Positions 8,002 through 17,094 of a stretch of 48,681 nt of DNA are shown in pieces. Each line of letters starts with the position of its first letter. Positions within the stretch are counted from its first letter, which is position 1. The position numbers were made by a program, and so were the translations under genes. Source of the stretch: Flavobacterium sp. (GTDB lineage: Bacteria; Bacteroidota; Bacteroidia; Flavobacteriales; Flavobacteriaceae); the NCBI GenBank assembly GCA_051649065.1, contig JBOFGJ010000684.1, positions 1-48,681 of the forward strand, given 5' to 3'. The notes below the pieces were generated by a model. That model made no database searches. It was not told the DNA's origin and saw only the letters and a list, made by a program, of their open reading frames with translations.

Positions 8002-8230
8002 AAGAGGTGATTTAGTTATAGTAGTAGCCGATGACGCTAGGGTAAAACCTGAAGTTAAGATAGGTTTTATTGGGACAGTTATCTGTGAATGTAAATCAAA
8101 TAAATATTGGGTTGGTGTTGATTTTGGTGATGAGTTTAAGGGACATAATTTACGTGGTAAGTTAGATGATAATCGAGGGTTTTTCGTACCAATTAACATA
8201 CTCGAATATCTAGAAGAAGAGAACGAATAA
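7988..8230 (+). CDS. EENE-tag family small protein 7 (CAP-Gly-like subfamily)
   Basis: MLKFERGDLV...WVGVDF...GHNL...GFFVP...LEEENE*. Confidence 0.85.
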   Translation: MLKFERGDLVIVVADDARVKPEVKIGFIGTVICECKSNKYWVGVDFGDEFKGHNLRGKLDDNRGFFVPINILEYLEEENE

Positions 8231-8249
8231 TTTAATTTGAGGTAATAAC

Positions 8250-8429
8250 ATGGCGATGTGGGATATAGAATTTAAAGAAAATGTTTATATTAAAGATGAG
8301 GGTATGAAACGATGTTGTACAACCACCACATTATATATAAATGAGAGTAGTAGATTTATCATATTTTATATCAACAATAAAAAACATATTGTTCCTGTAA
8401 GTAATTTAAAATATATTGTGGAGGTGTGA
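8250..8429 (+). CDS. Small hypothetical protein (59 aa)
   Basis: Read by hand: GAGGT RBS, MAMWDIEFKE...IVEV*. Confidence 0.6.
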   Translation: MAMWDIEFKENVYIKDEGMKRCCTTTTLYINESSRFIIFYINNKKHIVPVSNLKYIVEV

Positions 8430-8430
8430 T

Positions 8431-9495
8431 TTGTGTGGACTTATTGGTATGGCTGGTAATATTGGCATTAAAGAAGAGAAGATGTTCAAAGACCTATTAG
8501 TATTGGACAGCTTACGGGGCTTTGACAGTGTTGGTGTGGCTGCTCTCCATTCAAACAAAGAAGTTACAGTGTTGAAGAAAGCTATGAGCGTAATGGATTT
8601 TATGGATTTAAAAGCATTTGATTCATTAATGAAACGTAAGAATGCAATTCTTATGGGCCACAATCGTTACGCTACTAAAGGGGTTGTTAATAATACTAAT
8701 GCCCATCCTTTTGATTTTGAAACGTTAGTAGGTGCACATAATGGCACATTAACAGGACAATGGCGCTTAAATAATCATAAAGATTACGCAGTAGATAGTG
8801 AGAATATCTTCCATCACATTGAAGAACTTGGTGTAGAAGATTTATGGGGTAAGTTGGATGGAGCTGCCGCATTAACTTGGATTGATAAGACAGACCAATC
8901 TATTAACTTCTTGCGTAATAAGGAACGAACGTTATACATCTGTCCTAGTGAAGATGGTAAGACTGTTTTCTGGGCTTCTGAGAAATGGATGTTAATTGTA
9001 GCTTCTAATCGTCAAGACGTTAAGCTTGATACTGAGAAGCTTGATATGCTGCCAGAGAATACTCATATTAATATCAATTTTAATGGGGATGCTCCTGAGA
9101 TTAAGGTAAAAAAGCTAGAGCCTTACGTCTACGTTTACACACCTCCAGCAAACCAGTACAACCACGTAAATCTACTAGAAAAAGTAGGTAAGAAGATTGG
9201 TGACTTTCTTAGCTTTGAAGTGGATAAAGTAATGTCTTTTGGCGCAAGTAGTATGAACGATGTATATGGACGTACATATAATGGAACAGCTATTCGTATT
9301 CTATCTGTACCTAATAGCAACAGAAAGTTAATTGATGCGTTAGCTACATCAACTAATTGTTTTAAAGCTAAGATTGTTAGTCAAGCTAATTGGGGGGCTG
9401 TACCTCACTTAGTTCTTAGTGAATACTCCTGCGTAGAAATTGGATTTGCATTCGAAGAACAGGAGGATGAAAAAGAAGCTGTAGGAAAAAAGTAA
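8431..9495 (+). CDS. Class II (Ntn) glutamine amidotransferase
   Basis: Start re-called to TTG 8431 after GGAGG, giving MCGLIG (Cys1 nucleophile); RGFDSVG, GHNRYAT, NAHPF, HNGT, DSE motifs. Confidence 0.92.
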   Translation: MCGLIGMAGNIGIKEEKMFKDLLVLDSLRGFDSVGVAALHSNKEVTVLKKAMSVMDFMDLKAFDSLMKRKNAILMGHNRYATKGVVNNTNAHPFDFETLVGAHNGTLTGQWRLNNHKDYAVDSENIFHHIEELGVEDLWGKLDGAAALTWIDKTDQSINFLRNKERTLYICPSEDGKTVFWASEKWMLIVASNRQDVKLDTEKLDMLPENTHININFNGDAPEIKVKKLEPYVYVYTPPANQYNHVNLLEKVGKKIGDFLSFEVDKVMSFGASSMNDVYGRTYNGTAIRILSVPNSNRKLIDALATSTNCFKAKIVSQANWGAVPHLVLSEYSCVEIGFAFEEQEDEKEAVGKK

Positions 9496-9611
9496 TATGT
9501 ATCGACTGTGGAGAACCAACTCTTGAAGAAGATATGATGGCGTTGGACACAGGAGAATGTATCTGTAAATATTGTCATAGTGACTATCTTAAATACTTTA
9601 AAGGAAATTAA

Positions 9612-10067
9612 ATTATAGAACTTTATGAAATAGCAGGGCGTTTTTATCGTGTTAGTAAATTAGGTTTTGTTCTTAAGCTCAAAAAGGATGAGACTATAAA
9701 GTTTCAAATTACTAAGGATGGTTATTATCAGAACGTGTTTAGACCTTCTAGACATATACATAAAGCACTCAAACTCCACACTATAGTTTGGGAGACTTTC
9801 AACGGTAAAATACCAGAAGGATATGAGATTGACCACATAAATAATAATAGATTAGATTGTCGATTAGATAATTTACAACTACTGACACATGCCGATAATG
9901 TAGAGAAGGCTTGGGCACGTAACTGGAAATTAAAATCTCCTGAAGGGGAACATCTCTCTGTATATAACTTATCTAAATTCTGTAGAGAACAGGGTTTAGA
10001 CCAAAAATCTATGTCATTTGTAATGAGTGGCAAACGTAATCATCATAAAGGGTGGACAAAATTATGA
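9612..10067 (+). CDS. Free-standing HNH endonuclease with NUMOD4-like N-terminus (probable ATT start)
   Basis: EIDHINNNRLDCRLDNLQ; frame open back to 9612 with YRVSKLGFV; AAGGA 6 nt upstream of ATT. Confidence 0.75.
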   Translation: MIELYEIAGRFYRVSKLGFVLKLKKDETIKFQITKDGYYQNVFRPSRHIHKALKLHTIVWETFNGKIPEGYEIDHINNNRLDCRLDNLQLLTHADNVEKAWARNWKLKSPEGEHLSVYNLSKFCREQGLDQKSMSFVMSGKRNHHKGWTKL

Positions 10068-10873
10068 GTAAAACCAATCTGTTACTTGGGCTAGATCCTG
10101 AATACTTCTTATCTAAAGACGGTAAATTAGTGAGTGCTTATGGTGTAGTTGGAGGCACTAAAGAACAACCTATTAAAGTTAAGCATGGTGCATACCAATG
10201 TGATGGTATGGCTGTTGAATTCAATATTGACCCCGCTAGTAATGAGGTGGAGTTCCTCCGTAATATCAATTCCGTTATGGGTATTTTAAAAGAGCTGTTC
10301 CCTGAATATGAACATCAGTATATCCCTGTAGCTGAATTTGGTTTAGAGTATATTCGTGCTCAACCTGAGAAAGCTAAAGAACTTGGGTGCTCCCCAGACT
10401 TTGATGCATGGAAAGTAGCTGTTAACCCCCGCCCTAATGGGGAACTACCATTCCGTTCTGCTGCCGGTCATGTACATTTTGGTTTTGTTGAATCAGCCGA
10501 TGCTCCTGTAGAAGACCAAGACTTCATTGAGTATTGTGCTCAACGTGTACGTGAATTAGATTTCTACTTAGCGCTACCATCTTTGTTCTATGATGCTGAT
10601 ACTAAGCGCCGTGAGTTGTATGGTAAGGCTGGAGCATTCCGTCCTAAGAAATATGGCTTTGAATATCGTACCCTGTCTAATGGCTGGCTGAAGAGTGATG
10701 CACTGAAGAGTTGGGTGTATCAGGCATCTCTTGCAGCATGGGCTAAGATGGAATCTGGTGTTTCTTTGATGGATAAGTATGGTGATATTCAACACATCAT
10801 TAATAATTCAGATAAGAAAGAAGCTAAGCGTATTATTGTAGCTGAAAACATCCTGATGCCTATGGGTGTATAA
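10064..10873 (+). CDS. Phage COOH-NH2 ligase type 2 (phiEco32-like; glutamine synthetase/gamma-glutamylcysteine ligase fold)
   Basis: GLDPEYF, DGMAVEFN, GCSPD, AGHVHFG, RRELYGKAGAFR, FEYRTLSN. Confidence 0.85.
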   Translation: MSKTNLLLGLDPEYFLSKDGKLVSAYGVVGGTKEQPIKVKHGAYQCDGMAVEFNIDPASNEVEFLRNINSVMGILKELFPEYEHQYIPVAEFGLEYIRAQPEKAKELGCSPDFDAWKVAVNPRPNGELPFRSAAGHVHFGFVESADAPVEDQDFIEYCAQRVRELDFYLALPSLFYDADTKRRELYGKAGAFRPKKYGFEYRTLSNGWLKSDALKSWVYQASLAAWAKMESGVSLMDKYGDIQHIINNSDKKEAKRIIVAENILMPMGV

Positions 10874-11091
10874 TGAAATATAGAAAAGGGGATTTTATTT
10901 CCCCTTCATCTATTTGTAAAGGGCGTCACTGGTATAGTGACGCTATGCAGAGTATGTCACCTCCTCCATGGATTGTTGAATATCAGAAAGGAGATATTGT
11001 TTATTTCTTATGGAATGATAAAAACGGTAGAGTTAAAGAATCACATTGGGATATTATTAATTTACAATTAGACGAGTGTGAAAATGAATAA
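10873..11091 (+). CDS. EENE-tag family small protein 8
   Basis: MKYRKGDFI...LDECENE*. Confidence 0.8.
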   Translation: MKYRKGDFISPSSICKGRHWYSDAMQSMSPPPWIVEYQKGDIVYFLWNDKNGRVKESHWDIINLQLDECENE

Positions 11092-11281
11092 GTTTAAGAA
11101 AGGAGATTTAGTTGTACCAAGTAACTATGCGTTAGAGAAGGATTGGTGGAATGACTTTGATGATTTACAGTGGCCTAAAATTATAAGAAGTATAGATATG
11201 GATGGGGATTATTATTTAGAAGATTGTATAGGGGCTTGGAATTGGAGTCTACTCGAACACGTTGATGAGGAAAATGAATAA
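11084..11281 (+). CDS. EENE-tag family small protein 9
   Basis: MNKFKKGDLVVPSN...HVDEENE*. Confidence 0.85.
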   Translation: MNKFKKGDLVVPSNYALEKDWWNDFDDLQWPKIIRSIDMDGDYYLEDCIGAWNWSLLEHVDEENE

Positions 11282-11835
11282 TGAAGTATGAGAATGGAGC
11301 TGATGTAAAGATGCGCTTAGAGGGGAGCGTAGTACGTTATAAAGGGCAGCCAGTATATGTTATTACCACATCAGGAGATAAATGTAAAATTCTATTATTA
11401 GATACTAATGAAGAAACGTTGGTGTTGTATACGTCATTAGATATCTCTCCTGTTCCTCTTGGATTTGTATGTACCGGTAAGACAATGGCGTATGTAGAAC
11501 GCCGTCCTGTTAGACGCTTTAAACAAGGTCTAACTAAAGATAATATGTTTGTTAAGGAAGCTCCTTGGCCTGTTGCTCGTATCAGTAATACAGATAAATG
11601 TCTAGCTAATACTATCTCTGGTAAATATCCATCAATTGAAGAAGCCTTCCAAGATGTACGTGAAGGTAAACGTATTGCTGCACCTTTCTCTCGTGAATGG
11701 GGTGTAGCTAAACATGATGGAGATTTATGTATTGTGCATAGAGGAGACATTGTTGGTTATGTAACCGATAATGCTGTACGTCTTCTACCTGAGAAACATT
11801 TTCTTAAGGAGAGTTTAGAATGCAATTTAATGTAG
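11281..11835 (+). CDS. Hypothetical protein within the ligase cluster
   Basis: 184 aa, TAATG coupling. Confidence 0.8.
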   Translation: MKYENGADVKMRLEGSVVRYKGQPVYVITTSGDKCKILLLDTNEETLVLYTSLDISPVPLGFVCTGKTMAYVERRPVRRFKQGLTKDNMFVKEAPWPVARISNTDKCLANTISGKYPSIEEAFQDVREGKRIAAPFSREWGVAKHDGDLCIVHRGDIVGYVTDNAVRLLPEKHFLKESLECNLM

Positions 11836-12068
11836 GGGATATTGTACAATCTATTGATCACGACCCTGTTGGGGTTTTACCTAAAGGTTCTGTGGGTACT
11901 ATATGTGTAACTAAGATAGCGGAGGACGGTACACGATGGGTTGGTGTAAAATGGGATGATTTTGTTGGAGGTCATACCCTAGAGGGACTATTAAGCGGAA
12001 TAGAGAGGCTTAGTGGGTGGTTGGTTCCGGTTAGTATTATAGATCTGGTTGAAGAGGAGAATAAATAA
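11820..12068 (+). CDS. EENE-tag family small protein 10 (EEENK variant, CAP-Gly-like)
   Basis: MQFNVGDIV...WVGVKW...GHTL...GWLVP...VEEENK*. Confidence 0.8.
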   Translation: MQFNVGDIVQSIDHDPVGVLPKGSVGTICVTKIAEDGTRWVGVKWDDFVGGHTLEGLLSGIERLSGWLVPVSIIDLVEEENK

Positions 12069-12874
12069 TGAAATTTGAACAAACAGAAGTAGCTAAGCTT
12101 TTAAATAAGCGTAATAAATATAATGACCATGTGGGAATTGAAATTGAAACAGAAGGTACTTCTCTACCTAACATTGACAATGACTATTGGCGTAGTGAAG
12201 CAGATGGTAGTTTACGTGGAGAGAGTTTTGAATATGTATTAAAAACCCCTGTACATTATCCAGATGTACACCTAGCGCTTAGTAATATGACTAAGTGTTT
12301 AGAACAAACAGGTGCTAAGGTTAAAGATAGCCCTAATGCTGGTGTACATGTACATATTAACGTAGGTGATTTGACAGTTACTCAGTTGTTTAACTTCGTA
12401 GCGTTGTATCTAATTGTAGAAGATTTATTAGTGGATAAATGCGGAACACATCGCATCGGTAATCTATTCTGTCTACGTATCTCAGACGCTGAATATCTAA
12501 TTGACCATATGGTTAAGGTTATTAGAGCGGCTGACCTTAAACTTTTATTAACAGATGAAATTCGTTACGCATCTATTAACCTTAAAGCTGTAGCTGAATA
12601 TGGTTCCCTTGAGTTTAGAGCATGGCGTAGTGATGGTGACTTAGAAGCTATTCAGTGGTGGGTAGATTTGTTGATGAGCTTGAAACATAAAGCTAAACAG
12701 ATTGACAATCCAACTCAGATTGTAGCAGAGGTATCCTTAAAAGAACCGCGTGGATTCTTCCATGACATCCTAGGTAATTTCATTAAGGACATCCCTTGGG
12801 AAGACCGATTCCAACAATCTATTATAGATAACACACGGCGTGTTCAATTGTTTGCTTATGAGGGGGATTGGTGA
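12068..12874 (+). CDS. Putative amidoligase (COOH-NH2 ligase, Amidoligase_2-like)
   Basis: GIEIETEG, DGSL, FEYV, AGVHVHIN, RYASINL, SLEFR. Confidence 0.85.
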   Translation: MKFEQTEVAKLLNKRNKYNDHVGIEIETEGTSLPNIDNDYWRSEADGSLRGESFEYVLKTPVHYPDVHLALSNMTKCLEQTGAKVKDSPNAGVHVHINVGDLTVTQLFNFVALYLIVEDLLVDKCGTHRIGNLFCLRISDAEYLIDHMVKVIRAADLKLLLTDEIRYASINLKAVAEYGSLEFRAWRSDGDLEAIQWWVDLLMSLKHKAKQIDNPTQIVAEVSLKEPRGFFHDILGNFIKDIPWEDRFQQSIIDNTRRVQLFAYEGDW

Positions 12875-13113
12875 TGTTTAAAGTAGGGGATAGAGTTGTA
12901 TTAAAGGAAGATATATCATGTTATGGTGACGAGGAACACATACTTAAGGGCGCTACAGGGATTGTAGTTAGTCTAGATTACTATCCAGAAGAACTAGGTG
13001 TGTTTTGGGGCGGACTTACAGAAGGACACGATTGTGGTGTTGGATGTGGGGGTAACTCAGGTTGGTTTGTAGATACAGATATTGTTGAAATAGAAGAGGA
13101 AGAGAATGAGTAA
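12874..13113 (+). CDS. EENE-tag family small protein 11 (CAP-Gly-like)
   Basis: MFKVGDRV...GVFW...GHDC...GWFV...IEEEENE*. Confidence 0.85.
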   Translation: MFKVGDRVVLKEDISCYGDEEHILKGATGIVVSLDYYPEELGVFWGGLTEGHDCGVGCGGNSGWFVDTDIVEIEEEENE

Positions 13114-13300
13114 ATTTAAGAAAGGGGATTTAGTAGTACCGAGTAATGCTACATTATCTTCTCATTGGTGGTATTATTTTAAAGACAAGGAATGGCCCCA
13201 AACTATTAAGAGTGCTGAACTTAATGATAACACTCTAGAAACCTGTGGTGGGAGTTGGAATGATATATACCTAGAATTAATTGATGAGGAGAATGAGTAA
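13106..13300 (+). CDS. EENE-tag family small protein 12 (paralog of no. 9)
   Basis: MSKFKKGDLVVPSN...LIDEENE*. Confidence 0.85.
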   Translation: MSKFKKGDLVVPSNATLSSHWWYYFKDKEWPQTIKSAELNDNTLETCGGSWNDIYLELIDEENE

Positions 13301-13755
13301 TTAATAGCTATTTAGATTATAATAGTGAAACCGGTGTTATATCATGGATAAAACAAAAAGGTCGCTGTCAAAAAGGGAGTGTGGCTGGTACATCTAATGG
13401 GAGAGGTTATAGTATAATACGTTTTGATGGTAGAGTATATCCAGCTCACAGGGTAGCTTGGTTTTTGTCTACTGGCAGTTGGCCTTTGGGTGTTATAGAT
13501 CATATTAATGGTGATGGTCTAGATAACAGATTAATTAATTTAAGAGATGTAACACAACAACAAAACCTATTCAATACCAAATTATATGTAAATAATAATA
13601 CAGGTTTTAGAGGAGTTCATTACCATATTAGGGATAAAGTTTTTACAGCCTGTATATCAATTAATGGAAAACAAAAACATCTAGGAACATTTGATTCGGC
13701 AGAAGAAGCTAGTATCAGGTACGAATTAGAAAAAGAATGCTATCATATTATTTAG
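13300..13755 (+). CDS. HNH-AP2 endonuclease (probable ATT start at 13300)
   Basis: AHRVAW, IDHINGDGLDNRLINLR, AP2-like GFRGV...HLGTFDSAEEA; upstream frame gives LDYNSETGVISW. Confidence 0.8.
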   Translation: MNSYLDYNSETGVISWIKQKGRCQKGSVAGTSNGRGYSIIRFDGRVYPAHRVAWFLSTGSWPLGVIDHINGDGLDNRLINLRDVTQQQNLFNTKLYVNNNTGFRGVHYHIRDKVFTACISINGKQKHLGTFDSAEEASIRYELEKECYHII

Positions 13756-13765
13756 GAGATATTAA

Positions 13766-14530
13766 ATGAAATTATTTATTTATAGTTACAATAGTTTTTC
13801 TGAGGGTGCGAAGGAATTAAGTAGAACTCTAGGTGTTAAACGAATTAAACATCAAGGTAGTAAATTTAGAGGGGGGGTTGGAAAGGCAATAATCAATTGG
13901 GGCAGCTCAAGTTTAAGTGACCAAGCGTTGGCATGTGAACGCATCTTAAATAGACCAGAAGCTGTACGTAACGCATCAAATAAATTAAAAGCTTTTGAAC
14001 TTTTAAAGGAACATGATGTCTCAATTCCACCTTATTATACAAATAAAGAAGACGCTAGAGCGGCCCTTGTAGAACAGGGATGTCTTGTAGCTCGGACTAT
14101 CCTCAATGGTCATAGCGGTGCTGGCATCGTTATTGTTGATAACATCAATAATTTAGTGGATGCACCGCTGTACACTCAGTACATCCCTAAGAAGTATGAA
14201 TATCGTTTACATGTATTCCTAGGAGAAGTGGTGGATGTACAACGTAAAGCTCGTAACAAAGAGATTCCAGATGACCAAGTGGATTGGAAGGTTCGTAATC
14301 ACGCTAATGGTTTTATCTTTATGCGTGAGGGGGTGGAAGTAGGAGAAGAAGCTAAGAAGGAAGCTATTAATGCAGTTGTGGCATTAGGGCTTGATTTCGG
14401 GGCTGTAGACATCATCTATAATGAGAAGCAGGGTAAGTATTATGTGTTAGAGGTAAACACAGCTCCGGGGCTTACAGGGGCTACGTTAGATGGATATACT
14501 AAACGTATTAAGGAGGTGTTCAATGCTTAA
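13766..14530 (+). CDS. ATP-grasp ligase, RimK-like
   Basis: ASNKL, GHSGAGI, EYRLHV, LGLDFGAVD, VLEVNTAPG. Confidence 0.9.
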   Translation: MKLFIYSYNSFSEGAKELSRTLGVKRIKHQGSKFRGGVGKAIINWGSSSLSDQALACERILNRPEAVRNASNKLKAFELLKEHDVSIPPYYTNKEDARAALVEQGCLVARTILNGHSGAGIVIVDNINNLVDAPLYTQYIPKKYEYRLHVFLGEVVDVQRKARNKEIPDDQVDWKVRNHANGFIFMREGVEVGEEAKKEAINAVVALGLDFGAVDIIYNEKQGKYYVLEVNTAPGLTGATLDGYTKRIKEVFNA

Positions 14531-14738
14531 TAAAGGTGACATCGTTATATTGACAAATGAAGGTTTGATTGAATTTGGTAAAAGTAATAAGTTAAATAAA
14601 GGCAATGTAGGTAAAATAGTTGCAGTTAGTGGGGAGAAGGGGCGGCTCAGCTTTAATTATTACATAAGATGGGATACAGGACACGGTAATAGATATCGTA
14701 ATTGTGATGTTCAATTATTAGAAGAAGAGAATGAATAG
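14523..14738 (+). CDS. EENE-tag family small protein 13
   Basis: Start re-called to 14523 (AGGAGG RBS); MLNKGDIV...LLEEENE*. Confidence 0.85.
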   Translation: MLNKGDIVILTNEGLIEFGKSNKLNKGNVGKIVAVSGEKGRLSFNYYIRWDTGHGNRYRNCDVQLLEEENE

Positions 14739-14749
14739 GAGAAATTAAT

Positions 14750-16399
14750 TTGAGTCAATGTGTAATGAAGCTACCACATTCATGTGGAACAAGAAGCGGA
14801 TTACAAGTGTTTCAAAAAGAAGATGGGTCTTTAGACGGCTTTTGCTTTAGCTGTAAACAATATGTACCAGACCCATTAGGCGACCAACCTGCTGGATTTA
14901 AGCCACCACATTTCCATAAGAAGACACCTGAAGAAGTACAAGAAGAAATTAGAGATATTAACTTGTATACCTCCAGAGCGTTAGAAGATAGGAAGATTGG
15001 TTTAGGAACTGTAGATTATTTCAAAGTTAAAGTGGGTTTAGATGAAGAACGTGGTCAAGATGTTCTTCTACATTACTATCCATACACTAAAGAGGGACAA
15101 ACCACAGCGTATAAGGTACGCTTAGTAGAGAATAAACGAATATGGTCTATTGGTGACATGAAAGATGTAGACCTATTTGGATGGGAACAAGCTATAGCTA
15201 CGGGGAATAAGCGTCTGTACATCACTGAGGGTGAGATAGATGCTATGTCTCTATTCAGTGTGATAATGCAGAAACAGGCTGGAACTCAATATGCAGAGAA
15301 TATACCTGCGGTTGTATCTATTCCTCATGGAGCAGCGAGTGCTGGGAATGATTTGTCCCGTCTCTCACAGAAGATACGAGCGCATTTTAAGGAAGTTGTC
15401 CTCGTATTCGATATGGATGAAGCTGGAAGACGTGCTGTGGAAGATGTCCTTAGGGTGTTCCCAGAAGCGCTAAGTGCCACACTTCCTAAGAAAGATGTTA
15501 ATGAGTGCGTATTAGATGGTAATATTAAAGCTCTATACAGTGCTGTAGTGTTTAATGCGACTGTCCCTAAGAATACACGGCTAGTTTATGCTGAGGATTT
15601 ATTTGAGGCAGCTAAGGAACAAGCTCAATTTGGTTTGTCTTGGCCTTGGGAGTCTACAACAGAACAGACCCGTGGTATTAGGTTTGGTGAGACAGTATAT
15701 ATTGGCGCTGCCCCTAAGATGGGTAAGAGTGAGGTGGTTAATGCTCTTGGTGCTCATCTAATAGAGAAGCACGGTCTTAAAGTGTTAATGGCTAAACCAG
15801 AGGAGAACAATAAGAAGACAGTTAAGCTCATGGCAGGTAAAATTGCAGGACGTATTTTCCATGACCCTAAGATTGAATTTGACCATGAAGCGTATGACAA
15901 GGCGTGTGAAATATTACGCGGTAAACTAACTCTTCTTAATCTATATCAGCATTTAGGTTGGGAGACGCTTAAGGGTGACATCCGTGCAGCAGCAGCGTTA
16001 GGTGTTAAAGCTGTATTCATTGACCCAATAACCAACTTAACCAACGGGATGAATTCAGCAGACGCTAACGTTAAGCTACAGGAGATTGCTCAAGAACTAG
16101 CAGCGATGGCTCTAGACTTAGATATTATCATCTTCATCTTCTGTCACTTGCGTAATAAAGATGGTGGTGTAGGTCATGACCGAGGAGGTCATGTATTGAC
16201 ATCTGAGTTTGCAGGTAGCCGAGCTATGGAACGTAGTTGTAACTATATGTTTGGTCTTGAGGGTAATAAAGACCCTGACCTTCCAGAAGAAGATAGAAAC
16301 TTACGACAATTAGTTCTCCTTGCTGACCGTGAATACGGAGAAGTGGGGCCCACTAAATTGTATTGGAATAAAAACAACGGAAGATTTGTGGAGATGTAA
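14750..16399 (+). CDS. Primase-helicase (T7 gp4-like)
   Basis: N-terminal Zn motif, TOPRIM ITEGEID and FDMDEAG, Walker A AAPKMGKS, Walker B FIDP, HLR; TTG start. Confidence 0.93.
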   Translation: MSQCVMKLPHSCGTRSGLQVFQKEDGSLDGFCFSCKQYVPDPLGDQPAGFKPPHFHKKTPEEVQEEIRDINLYTSRALEDRKIGLGTVDYFKVKVGLDEERGQDVLLHYYPYTKEGQTTAYKVRLVENKRIWSIGDMKDVDLFGWEQAIATGNKRLYITEGEIDAMSLFSVIMQKQAGTQYAENIPAVVSIPHGAASAGNDLSRLSQKIRAHFKEVVLVFDMDEAGRRAVEDVLRVFPEALSATLPKKDVNECVLDGNIKALYSAVVFNATVPKNTRLVYAEDLFEAAKEQAQFGLSWPWESTTEQTRGIRFGETVYIGAAPKMGKSEVVNALGAHLIEKHGLKVLMAKPEENNKKTVKLMAGKIAGRIFHDPKIEFDHEAYDKACEILRGKLTLLNLYQHLGWETLKGDIRAAAALGVKAVFIDPITNLTNGMNSADANVKLQEIAQELAAMALDLDIIIFIFCHLRNKDGGVGHDRGGHVLTSEFAGSRAMERSCNYMFGLEGNKDPDLPEEDRNLRQLVLLADREYGEVGPTKLYWNKNNGRFVEM

Positions 16400-16400
16400 T

Positions 16401-16889
16401 ATGTACGCTGATATGAATGAAGTGAAACGCACGTTATTAACACAGCATTATGTAGAGAAGAAGGATATGTATGTCAAACGTGCATCATATCATATTGGTG
16501 AATTCTTTAGTGAGGATGTAGTTCAAGAAGCGTATGCTAAGGCGCTACGTTATCTAGACCGCTACCCCGTTGAATATCAAGACTTCTCTGCTTTCTTTAA
16601 TGTCATGTTCAATAATGAGCTTAAGGACTTCCGCTCTGACCGTTTAGATAAGGTAGAGCTTATGGAATGGCATTGGGAAAGTGGAGAATTTGATGATGAA
16701 CGTGTAGCTGTAGCAGAGGTGACACGATTAGAGCGCTTCTTAGCTAGAGAGAAACCACTTAATAGGAGCGTAATCTATTCAGCGTTATGGCAAGGTATTC
16801 CGCTAAAGGATATTGCTAGAGCACATGGTGTATCTGAAGGAGCTGTTAAACAATTAGTATTTAAATTTAGGGGGAGAGTTAATGTTTAA
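16401..16889 (+). CDS. ECF-like RNA polymerase sigma factor
   Basis: Region 2 SEDVVQEAYAKAL; region 4 HTH GIPLKDIARAHGVSEGAVKQ; start re-called to ATG 16401. Confidence 0.8.
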   Translation: MYADMNEVKRTLLTQHYVEKKDMYVKRASYHIGEFFSEDVVQEAYAKALRYLDRYPVEYQDFSAFFNVMFNNELKDFRSDRLDKVELMEWHWESGEFDDERVAVAEVTRLERFLAREKPLNRSVIYSALWQGIPLKDIARAHGVSEGAVKQLVFKFRGRVNV

Positions 16890-17094
16890 GTTTAAAATTG
16901 GTGATGAAGTAATCATTGTTAAACATAGTATGGATAGTGAAGATGCTTTTGAATTAAATGAATTAACTCATATTATAGATGTAGACCATGACCCAGAAGT
17001 AGTTAAACAACGGTATGCTGCCAAAAGTAAAGAATACGGTACTTGGTGGATAGCTGAAGAGTGTATAGAATTTGCAGAGGAAGAGAATGAATAA
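16882..17094 (+). CDS. EENE-tag family small protein 14
   Basis: MFKFKIGDEV...FAEEENE*. Confidence 0.85.
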   Translation: MFKFKIGDEVIIVKHSMDSEDAFELNELTHIIDVDHDPEVVKQRYAAKSKEYGTWWIAEECIEFAEEENE

